A stretch of DNA of 63,923 bases, filler included, from Lenisia limosa (lineage: Eukaryota > Protista > Breviatea): assembly GCA_001655205.1 (NCBI GenBank). It is 14 parts of 14 records of this genome, joined end to end, with 100 filler letters (N's around TTAATTAATTAA, not from the genome) between each part and the next. Parts side by side here need not be neighbours in the genome. Positions count along the whole stretch, not along the records: positions 10,738 to 12,864 come from LPNZ01000570.1; positions 12,965 to 18,010 come from LPNZ01007253.1; positions 18,111 to 36,768 come from LPNZ01008303.1; 11 more parts are not named here. One strand, 5' to 3'. The notes beneath the pieces are model-generated. The model ran no database searches. It saw nothing but the letters and a program-made list of their open reading frames with translations, and was not told the DNA's origin. Of this stretch, positions 10,916-21,300 are shown one piece after another; positions within the stretch are counted from its first letter, which is position 1, and each line of letters starts with the position of its first letter. Both the position numbers and the translations under genes were made by a program.

Positions 10916-12727
10916 GACGGTTACACAGTCGCGTGCTGTCATGGACCCCTTAAGTGACGAAATTGTAAGGGGTTTTTGTTTTGTTTTTTGAAACAAGAGA
11001 AATAATATGATAGACATTAGAAATCTAGTGAAACAAAATGTTTAGCTTTGTTTACTTTCCAATTTACGCTGGATTGATGGATGCGGTGCTGAAGAAGCGA
11101 CTGGCCTGCGCTTTGTTTGTTTTGTTGTTTTCAACCCTTATGTGTTGTCAGCCAACAAAATTGAATTTAGGGATTATTTTTTATTATTATTTTTTTTTTT
11201 TTGTTTCATAATTTCCAAATTACCCCCCACAGCTCTCAGCCCTTCTTAAACTAACCTCCACCATTACTGAGGCCATTTTGTTCCTTTTGAAGCACCAAGG
11301 TTGGGGGGGGGGGGTCAAATTTGGAAAAGATAAGATATATATACATATGAGGTCCGCGCGGAATTGTGTGTAATACAGGAGTTGAAAAAGAGCATGCCTA
11401 CGGTCCGACAAAGACCGTTAAAGTGTCGAGATTTATCGAGGAACTATCGAGAAATTTCGTCTTTTTTCTGACCGTAGGAAAGCCCTTGATTTATTGCAAA
11501 TGATCGGATATGTCTCGTAGAAGCTTTGGTCAGGTACTACCTTGTTTTGTTTCACTTTGCATTTACGTATTACAATTTAAGAATCATAGTTGGTCTTAGG
11601 AAATGAATAAGGCTTTTCAGTACAGTCCCGACAGACTTAGTTTCTCGATAAATCCTTTATAATTATCGACATTTTGCCGGTCTTGTTCGGACCGTGGAAA
11701 AGTCCTATAGATAAACATCTACCCAATTTTTAATACCGTCCAGATTCCACCACTCTCCGCCCTGTCGCAGCCGTAACACACAAGCTGCAATGGCGCTTGG
11801 TCAAGGCCTTGAGTTTAATGGATAATTTGGGGGACGGTAACACTGAGGAAGTTTGTCAAGCTGCACTGGAGGCCCTCCCCAGTATGAAAAAGGACGCTCT
11901 CCCACTACTGCCAATTCTGAAAATGTTTCTCCTATTTTGTTTCATAAGTTTTGCCATTTTCCTGAGCTCACCCCTCTTTCATTAACCCCCAGACCCCTTC
12001 CACATCCACATTCTCAATATCATTCGTCGATTCCTAGTAAAAACCGCTCAGCCAACAACGGACGTTGACAAAGCCATAGTGGTATGGGGATACAATATGG
12101 GTAAAAAAAATGACGCTTTATTATCAAACAAAATCTAATTTTCTTAGATAATCAGCATTTGATTATTACAAAAAAATCTAATTAATAGAAAAAACCTAAT
12201 TATCTTAGATGATAAACAGAAATACGCCTTTCATGGTCCCCCCTTGGGCCCGAGCCAGGAAGATGGCCCTCGCAAGTTCGGGGGAGAGGGTATTTTTTTA
12301 GGGCTACGTGCAATTGATTGCCTAATTTGAAGTGACCTTTTGTCAATGGGAACTCCATTTCAGACACTTTAATTTCAAATTATCTGTCCTTTTATTTGCT
12401 ATTTTTTGTATGACTCTTGTTATTATCTTATATTTATTATTATATTTAGTAATTATTTTATTTTTTTGGGGGGTACAGGGCTGTTATTCTGCTTTGTTTC
12501 ATCCCCCATTTTCACAGGATATTAACTCGAAATAGGCGAGACGGTTACGGGCAGCGAAGTGGCTTTTGCCTATGAGGCTTGCTTACAGGTTGGGGGTGGG
12601 GGTATGTTTCTTTGTTTTGTTTTGATTGGTTTTTGTTTTTTGTTGTTTTTATCGCGCCTTGAGATTTATATTCATCGCACCCGCAGGTTATGCATTCTCG
12701 CCAAGAAGTCGGACTGTTGACAATGGT
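10916..12727 (+). CDS. Unidentified multi-exon gene fragment (e.g. LSALLKLTSTITEAILFLLKHQ; GETVTGSEVAFAYEACLQ)
   Basis: Short open blocks flanked by CAG acceptors and GT donors (e.g. ~11232-11299, ~12536-12589). Confidence 0.4.
11066..11231 (+). repeat. Family B, full-length reference copy ending in the acceptor CACAG
   Basis: ACGCTGGATTGATGGATGCGGTGCTGAAGAAGCGACTGGCCTGCGCTTTG...TTTCCAAATTACCCCCCACAG|exon. Confidence 0.88.
11393..11485. mobile_element. MITE family A copy (A2)
   Basis: CCTACGGTCCGACAAAGACCG...TTTTTTCTGACCGTAGGAAAGCCC. Confidence 0.75.
11610..11706. mobile_element. MITE family A copy (degenerate A2)
   Basis: GGCTTTTCAGTACAGTCCCGACAGAC...GTCTTGTTCGGACCGTGGAAAAGTCC with the A core. 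Confidence 0.65.
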
Positions 12728-12964
12728 ACGGGGGGTATGAAGAAGATAAAGCTTAACATACTAAATATAATAACTCTCCAGTTTAACACGCCAATTTTAT
12801 TTTCCCATTTCAACATAACTATTTTTTATTAATACTTTTCATAAATTGTCTGTCTTTACAACCTNNNNNNNNNNNNNNNNNNNNNNNNNNNNNNNNNNNN
12901 NNNNNNNNTTAATTAATTAANNNNNNNNNNNNNNNNNNNNNNNNNNNNNNNNNNNNNNNNNNNN

Positions 12965-15900
12965 GCTCAGATCGATCTTGGGCTGTCAGTCTCGGACTTC
13001 TTGACACAAAAGGTGGGGGGGGGGGCTGTTCGGTTTTATGACTGCTGATCAATGTACTGTTTCCTCCTTCGTGTCACCCCCCTCCCCCCAGGCTCTTGAG
13101 CTCTACAGTACGCTCACCATCCGTCACGGAGTGATTCTCCTGGGAGAAAGCGGCACCGGTAAATCCGAGGTTATCAGAGTCCTCAGGAAGGCTCTCAGCA
13201 CCGCTGGAGGGGCTGTTGTCCAGCAAACTGTTTTCCCAAAGGCCTTGACCCAAGGCGTGCTATACGGTTCGGGGAGCCTTTGCATAGCTGCGGCCTTTCT
13301 GACCTTGGAGTGATGGGATGCGGTGCTGCACCTGGGCTTTGTTTTGTTGTTATCAACCCTTGTGTGTTGTCAGCCAACAGAGTTGNNNNNNNNNNNNNNN
13401 NNNNNNNNNNNNNNNNNNNNNNNNNNNNNNNNNNNNNNNNNNNNNNNNNNNNNNNNNNNNNNNNNNNNNNNNNNNNNNNNNNNNNNNNNNNNNNNNNNNN
13501 NNNNNNNNNNNNNNNNNNNNNNNNNNNNNNNNNNNNNNNNNNNNNNNNNNNNNNNCTTGCTTCCGTATTCAAAAACGCCGCTGAAGGTCTGTGTGCAGGT
13601 GAACATTCAGCATTACCTCTGCAGGCACATCGCCGCAATGGATCGTCTTAGACGGCCCAGTTGACCCCCTTTGGGTGGAGAGTCTCAACACTGTCCTGGA
13701 CGACACACGTGCGTTGTCTCTTGCTGACGGGCTGAGAGTGCCGCTGAAGGATCACTCCAGGGTCATCTTCGAGGTGCTGTGGGGTTCAGAGCTGAGCTCA
13801 GGATGACAATGAATATATCCGTTTCATCAGAAGCACCATAGTACTGAATTTTGGATACAACTCTTCTCTTACGTAAGGTCATTTGATAGATACCCACTAT
13901 GATGGGTCTTTTGGGACGACTTTCCTTATAAGGAAATTGGTCGTGTTTGCCTCACCCCCCCCCCCANNNNNNNNNNNNNNNNNNNNNNNNNNNNNNNNNN
14001 NNNNNNNNNNNNNNNNNNNNNNNNNNNNNNNNNNNNNNNNNNNNNNNNNNNNNNNNNNNNNNNNNNNNNNNNNNNNNNNCATAATCCACATTGAAGCCCA
14101 GGCCGGCCTCGACATTTCCATCATCAGAGCCTGGGGGAACAGAATGGCCAAGAAAAGCGGAAGTGGGTGGGGGTACAGACATTGTATTATCATATTCGTT
14201 GTTAACTGTCGCATAAGGCAACTAACACATCCCTATAAGGCAACTAACACATCAGTCTTCGCAGCCGCGGACGACCTTGCCGACACAATGGCCTTGGTGT
14301 GGCCTCCCCTCGCCACTTTTGTGTCACGCATCCTTGCCAAGGTGCCTGGGCATGAGCATTATATTATAACCCAGAAACCGTGACAGTTGTTGCCTTACTA
14401 CTCAGGACCGAGCATCCCCCCAGGACATGACTGGACGCCTCGATATGGCCCTCTCTCTCCTCTCCACTCTCCTGCAAACTGCTGCGTAGGAAGGGCTCTG
14501 GGATAACCGATACCGCCAGTGGGCAACTTCTTCACCCCCCCCCCNNNNNNNNNNNNNNNNNNNNNNNNNNNNNNNNNNNNNNNNNNNNNNNNNNNNNNNN
14601 NNNNNNNNNNNNNNNNNNNNNNNNNNNNNNNNNNNNNNNNNNNNNNNNNNNNNNNNNNNNNNNNNNNNNNNNNNNNNNNNNNNNNNNNNNNNNNNNNNNN
14701 NNNNNNNNNNNNNNNNNNNNNNNNNNNNNNNNNNNNNNNNNNNNNNNNNNNNNNGTGAAATGATCTTGAGAATATTTCCTTCATTTTGGACAAGGCAGGC
14801 TCTTACCCACAGGAGTCAATATGGCGCTACTTTGGTGCTGCGTGTGGGGCTGTGGTGGAGACATGTCTGCTCAGTTCAGACCGAGAATTGACAGTTTTGC
14901 CAAACGGCACAGTTGCCACACCGCTAATGTCAAACTGGATGTGTCACTCTTCGTTTGTGGGTCTTCTTTAACTGGAAATGAGGTTAACCAAGGAATAGAT
15001 ATATGCTACTGTTGATATGTGCAAGTAGTATGACTTTTAAACTACTTTTTACGCTGGAGTGATGGGATGCCGTGCTACAGAAGCGACTGGCCTGGGCTTT
15101 GTTTTNNNNNNNNNNNNNNNNNNNNNNNNNNNNNNNNNNNNNNNNNNNNNNNNNNNNNNNNNNNNNNNNNNNNNNNNNNNNNNNNNNNNNNNNNNNNNNN
15201 NNNNNNNNNNNNNNNACGACAGGTACGCTCACGGCGTGGGATGCCCCCGAGGCTGCCCCGTCCAATGTCATCGGGTCCGGCCTGGGGCCCATAGCCTCCG
15301 TCCTGCACCCCAGGGTGGGTCATGCCGGTTACTAAAACATTAAATGGAGAGAGGCAGATATTATATGATATCATACATGTAGTACCTAATATATAGTTTC
15401 AATCAATTTGGATGACTGTTCACCATCATAGGACTTGCCCATGCACTACGTTGCGACCGGCGACACAGAAGCGGTTTCGTAGGGGGGCTCTTTTGAGCTT
15501 GTGAAAGAGAAGCTGAACTGAACTGTCTCACACATCAGGCACATCAGCGGCATGCTCCTGTCCCAGGGGCGCGGTGTGCTCATCAAAGGCAATCAAGGTG
15601 TCGGTAAATCAAGGGTCGTTTCTCGCGGCCTTTTGGAGCGCCTCAGCCCATCTACGTAGGCTGAAATGGATCAAGACCTCTAAAACACCAGGTTCTCAGC
15701 CTCCATGCACACGGCCTCGACTACCATGACTCCAGCCTGTCTTGTGGATGAGGTTTTGCCGCATCTGAGAAGAGGACGCAAAAACAGGTTCCTGCCCGAT
15801 CTCGGTGGGTTTCGTGTTAAACCTAACGCTTCTTTAAATGCATGACACGATTATTATGACGACTCAGACGGACGGCACGTGATGCTCATTGACGACTACA

Positions 15901-17539
15901 ACCTCACTGCTGTGGGGGGCACATTAAATGTACAATACAATGTGTTATTTCATATAATTATAATGACGCTCACACTTTCAGTCTGACCAATGGGGTAGCG
16001 TCATGCTTTCTGAGGCCCTTAGACAAATGGCACAAACATCTACAATGTGAGCATTGTTCTATATATACCTCTCCATCTGCATGTACAGACAGGCATGAAT
16101 CTAAAAAAAACCCGGTTTAATATCAACACTGTCTTTTGCCAAAAGACACGACAATGATTATGTCTGCAGACCAACACTGCGACATGGCGCCAGCGTGACG
16201 CTCACGGACGTCGTTCCCATCATTGTTGCCACGACGCCCTGCGAAGTAAGTGGTGTGTCTTATATTGGGCTTCCCTACGGTCCGAAAAAGACCGTTTAAA
16301 TATCGATATTTATAAAGGATTTATCGAGAGATTCGGTCTTTTTTGGGATTGTAGAGAAGCCTTAGACGGGTTCACGAATTTCTAAAATTTACGTAAAAAT
16401 ATTAAAGTTTGCCTACTCAAGAGGAGGTACTTAAAAATTCGTAAGTTTACGGAACAATTTTGGGAAGCCAAATGCGAACTTTAAAATTGTTACGTAATTT
16501 ACGTAAAATTCGTGTACCCAAACGGCCACTTATATAGCATTGAAAAGGCCAGCTGGTTGCCTTCTCTCAGTTCATCCTGCAGGTGATCCCCGAGCGCTTT
16601 GAGAGGCATCTGGCTGTCTTGAACCTCCAAACACCTTCCGTTGCTGTACTTGAGGACCGCATTAAACTGGTGGGGTGAGGACCGCATTAAACTGGAGGGG
16701 TGAGGACCGCATTAAACTGGAGGGGTGAGGACCGCATTAAACTGGTGGGGTGAGGACCGCATTAAGCTGGTGGGGTGAGGACCGCATTAAACTGGTGGGG
16801 TGAGGACCGCATTAAACTGGTGGGGTGAGTGTATGGAAAATAAAAACAAATAAGGAGATGGGGTAACAGTTTAATATTATCGGACTTATCCCCCAGATTC
16901 TGTCTGAGAACTTCCGGCACCAAGGGGTGGCAGCAGAGGTTCAGAACCTGACCTCGGAGACCGCGGAGGCCCTGACTGCCGTCTACTCGTCCTTGGTGCA
17001 GAGTATCCGGTAGGAGGTTTTGAGCAATTGAGTTTTAAAAAAAATACATGTGAATCTATTTGTACATTGCTCATGGCATGTTGGCATGGATACAAAACTA
17101 TACATACAAATCCGTAGTAGCCTAAATAGTTCAGCATATCATATGAAACAAGCAGTAACAGATTTGGCATTATTCCATTTATTGCAGACCAACCCCCCGC
17201 ATGCCACAGTACAAGCTGGACCTCCACACTCTTGAAAACACTGCCTTGGTTTGCTCGACTTTTCACGGCTCATTTGAACTATAATGCAATATCTCTTNNN
17301 NNNNNNNNNNNNNNNNNNNNNNNNNNNNNNNNNNNNNNNNNNNNNNNNNNNNNNNNNNNNNNNNNNNNNNNNNNNNNNNNNCAGGGTCTTTTGAAAGTAG
17401 CACCGCACCACCTCACCAACCGCGAGAACCTTGGCCTTGCCATAGCCCACGAGTGCTGTCGTGAATACTTGGATAGACTGGGTAGCGACAACATGCTAGA
17501 AAGCGCCTCTGCCACTATTGCACGTGCCGTTTCTGCCAG
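12965..17539 (+). CDS. Dynein heavy chain, divergent, internal fragment (AAA2-AAA3 region), about 15 or more exons
   Basis: RHGVILLGESGTGKS (AAA2 P-loop); TVFPKALTQGVLYG; WIVLDGPVDPLWVESLNTVLDD; GVLIKGNQGVGKS (AAA3 P-loop); RFSAS; VMLIDDYNL; SEALRQ; PERFERHL; AHECCREYLDRL. These motifs occur in the canonical dynein heavy chain order. Confidence 0.92.
13306..13385 (+). repeat. Family B 5' part in dynein intron (runs into gap)
   Basis: GGAGTGATGGGATGCGGTGCTGCACCTGGGCTTTGTTTTGTTGTTATCAACCCTTGTGTGTTGTCAGCCAACAGAGTTG. Confidence 0.85.
15051..15104 (+). repeat. Family B 5' part in dynein intron (runs into gap; exon follows the gap)
   Basis: ACGCTGGAGTGATGGGATGCCGTGCTACAGAAGCGACTGGCCTGGGCTTTGTTT. 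Confidence 0.85.
16267..16361. mobile_element. MITE family A copy (A2) in dynein intron
   Basis: GGGCTTCCCTACGGTCCGAAAAAGACCG...CGGTCTTTTTTGGGATTGTAGAGAAGCC followed by TTA. Confidence 0.85.
16368..16519. mobile_element. Second MITE-like palindrome (family E), adjacent to the A copy
   Basis: ~45-bp imperfect TIRs: GGGTTCACGAATTTCTAAAATTTACGTAAAAATATTAAAGTTTGC vs revcomp GGGTACACGAATTTTACGTAAATTACGTAACAATTTTAAAGTTCGC. Confidence 0.65.
16651..16829 (+). repeat. Seven tandem 25-bp units TGAGGACCGCATTAAACTGG(T/A)GGGG made of a dynein exon end plus donor site
   Basis: The first unit encodes ..LEDRIKL of the exon. Units are near-identical with no spacers. Confidence 0.92.
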
Positions 17540-17628
17540 GTGCGTGGGGTCGATACCTGGCTTATGCTTGGTTTAATGTGTCAGTTTTTTTCTTTGGAGC
17601 GGTACACAATATTCTCTTATAGTATAGA

Positions 17629-17724
17629 GGGCTTCCCTACGGTCCGAAAAAGACCGGTAAAATATCGATATTTATAGAGGATTTATCGATAAATTCAGGG
17701 GGTTTTGGAACCGAAGTGTAGCCC
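17629..17724. mobile_element. MITE family A copy, chimeric (A2 left end, A1 right end)
   Basis: GGGCTTCCCTACGGTCCG... left end; ...GGAACCGAAGTGTAGCCC right end. Confidence 0.8.
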
Positions 17725-18359
17725 TGAGTATCTGATAGAGTGTCAGAGTGGCTGGTCAAGTACTCATTAAATTTTCAAATCAGATAACTTCTAAAATTAA
17801 TGGAAATCGAACACTTTATCATCGACACAAGTTAAGTGCCACTCTTCATTTGTCAATTGCTGGGGATGCCTCACATTCTAGCTTGGACGTTTTATTGGAA
17901 CCTGACCTCGTGAAGTCCATTGTGTTTAGTGACTTTTCCACCTCGGTATGTTGTTGCCAGCCCTTTGTATCAATACCGCATAATCCATACAAATGCACTT
18001 GCACGATTTCNNNNNNNNNNNNNNNNNNNNNNNNNNNNNNNNNNNNNNNNNNNNTTAATTAATTAANNNNNNNNNNNNNNNNNNNNNNNNNNNNNNNNNN
18101 NNNNNNNNNNGGGTCCACCTGGGAAATTTAATTTCGGACATGAATTCGGCATTTTGGACATGATTTCTGCGCCCCAGCATATATATACTATATCATATAC
18201 TACTATAATATACAGACGACGATGTCAACAGAGACCACTCCCACAAAATGCCACCAAGGGGGATGTGCAGATTGTGCAGCCATCAAAAACGACGCAGGTG
18301 GTGCCTATTATCGTAAACGTATTGTATCAAATATTGATTAAAGTAAAGTTGAAGTAAAT

Positions 18360-21300
18360 TTGTCATACTGGGTGGGGAGCTTCAGGGTTTGGAGGAAGTG
18401 CGGGTCCTGGAATATAGACACCCGCCATCGTGTCCATAAAGCGTGCAAGGAGGGCCTGTGTTGTTATTGACTCTCATGCTCAGAAGCCATATCGATATGT
18501 TGAAAACCGTGCTTTATCCATTTTTAGTACATGGAGATGAGAAATAAACATCTGGTTGAAGCCGTCAACACTATCACGCTAAAAAGGTATATTGGACAAT
18601 AATATGATACGAAATGGTGATTTTACCCCACTTTGAATTGCGAAAATGCAGCAGGATGGCGCGCCATCTCAGTGATTTTGTTGAGGAAGCCCCAGGTAAC
18701 GGCAAAGTCAGGTGTGAAGTTGTTGGATTCGGCAACCACTCGGCCGGTCCGTCCAATGATATCATCATTAATTAGGGCAAGAACTGCCTAATATGGTAAG
18801 TCTTCTTGAAGTCAATGTTGGAGATAACCCCCNNNNNNNNNNNNNNNNNNNNNNNNNNNNNNNNNNNNNNNNNNNNNNNNNNNNNNNNNNNNNNNNNNNN
18901 NNNNNNNNNNNNNNNNNNNNNNGCAGAATGCCATCAAAGCATTGTGGTCTTCTCGAGGACCCTTCACAAGCGAAGGTGTTTTCTTCAGGGTAATATAGGG
19001 TAATATGCATCTCAAATCGCATGCCACCAACACCACACACCCACCCTCAAAACAACGTCATTGTAGTCGTCACTTGGAAGGTCGGACGGAAACCTTGGTT
19101 CTGCAAAAGCCAGTGTGGTGACAATGCTCGTTTTAAGCAAATGATGGACATTAGCCCATGTGATCATTCGGACAAACTCCAACCCAACTGTAAGGGTGTA
19201 AGGGTGTCAGTAAAACGACCATCAATTAAACAACAAACTTACAAAATAACAGCGCAAAGAGAGGCAATAATAAAAGCAAAGCAATAGTGAAAGAACAATC
19301 AAGCCCACTTTGGGCCTCTGCCGGCATATTCTGTGGAGTGTGTGTAACAATATGGCGTGATGCTGCCTCAATACTGCGAATGGTATTTGGCCAGTCCTGG
19401 GGGAGCGGGTGAAGTTTTTGGAGAATTTCATGTTGAACTTCGAAATTCATCTGGAACCCACGTGAATAGAAGAGATACTGGAGAGAGACACGCGTTGCCC
19501 CAGTAAAAGGAAAATAATACTCTCAGTTGCACGAAGAGTAATTGGTGCACAAGGGAGTACAACAGAGTTTACCATTGCGCGAGCTTGTGGCTGTTACATT
19601 AGTTACAGTTGTGAAATGTGTTAAGGTCGCATTCCCACCAGTAACATTGCGGCCCCAAGTCTTCCGCTTGAAATAATGATAAGTGACATGATTTCTGGGC
19701 ACCTACAAAGTCAGTTTTATGATATTTCAACAATCTAAGAAACCACCAACGCAGTGCACATTCTTGCCAAAGCCTCCACAGCCTCCATACGCAACTGTCC
19801 CACAAGGTGTGTTGATGGGAACGGCTGATCAGACTGCGGTGGTAATACAAATTATCCAGTACTCACTACGACAAAGAAGGCACCCCCTACAATAAACACT
19901 TGTTCTCTCATTGGTTCGAGGACTGAGGAAATCCAGACCAGTTCGTCCACAATAACACTGACTAATGGAGGAGGCGCTTCCTCCTGAGAATATAGGACGG
20001 GACAAACTGCTTATACAATTCCGACATGTATTACCAGATGATGCGTAAGAAACTAGATAACGTAGTTCTCTTTCAACTACATATGATATTTTGAAAGATA
20101 CTACATGCACAATATGGTGCCCCACCTCGCTCCATCCGGAACCATGAAGAGCAGCAAGAGCGATATTAGCGAAGCATGCCATAAGAGGAAATGAGTGTTG
20201 GCAAATGTCCTGCGCTGCTTTGGACGACTTGAGAGCTTCTATACACGGTGCCTGAAGGGAGGGGGGGGGTCAGAAACCAGACAGCTGGAATTAACTCAAG
20301 AAGATGTTTTAACAGTAAAGGCGCCCACCTGGAATTTAAGGAGGAAATGGGCAAAAGTTGCACGATGTGTGTGCTTGTCTTGAGGCAGTTTGTCAGTGAA
20401 TTGTTCAACTGTTTGATCGTAAACATGGTACAACTCGGCAAAACTTCTCTCCAACTCGGCAGCAGTCTGAAGAGTGAAGCAAAACTCACTATTGGCTGTT
20501 TTCTTTCAAGTTCATCCCCAAACAATGTAGTTCCAGGGGTATTCCGGATAAATCGGGTCAACCAAACGTTTAATTGGCCACGACGTTCTGGTCAGAACAG
20601 GCAAAACACTACGGGGTGAGGCTTGAACTGTATACTCTATTCACCATCAGCAACAAGTTCATTTCAAAAAACACTGGTATCACATTTCCTCCATAAACCA
20701 ACAAAGTGTGCAAGGAAGGATGCGCAGCCGTAATAGAAGCGGTCACGGCAGCAAGGTCAACTACAAGGCTGGCGGGGTGAGTAACAAAGGTACCCTACAA
20801 TACAAGTACTGCAAGATAAAAAGTAGACTAGGCGCACAAACTGCTNNNNNNNNNNNNNNNNNNNNNNNNNNNNNNNNNNNNNNNNNNNNNNNNNNNNNNN
20901 NNNNNNNNNNNNNNNNNNNNNNNNNNNNNNNNNNNNNNNNNNNNNNNNNNNNNNNNNNNCTCTGGGCTCTTTCTGTTGACATCAGCGCAAGACCTTCGGG
21001 AAGACGGCTTTGGTCCAGCATAGCTCTGAGGTCGGCTTCCTGGCAGTGTAATCAACTCAGCACTCAGTAATCTGACCTCTAATTCAGCAGTTGCGTTGAG
21101 ACCAAGAACGCTGACAATGAGCCCAGGAAAGTGGAAAAGATCCGAGGCCTTTAGACTCATGAAGCACCGAGCCCACGCCATGCCTGCGGTCTAATGTGTT
21201 ATGGTAAAGCACTAAATAAAGGAAGCAACACAGTGTCAAATCTGCAATGTCAAATCATCCCAATATAACATTCCGATATCACATAATGCCATTTATTATT

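Noticed and set aside
16651-16829. CRISPR array
   Set aside because: Units are head-to-tail with no unique spacers, derive from a dynein exon end, and no cas genes are present. The same applies to 22013-22123 and 34141-34332.
18700-18760. Helicase motif VI (IIGRTGR)
   Set aside because: Context (LALINDDIIGRTGR) lacks the preceding H/Q-R pattern and no other helicase motifs are nearby.
18923-19100. MULE transposase motif (QNAIKALW..RHCSRHL) on the plus strand
   Set aside because: The pieces are in different frames, and the minus strand gives better splice-bounded open exons.
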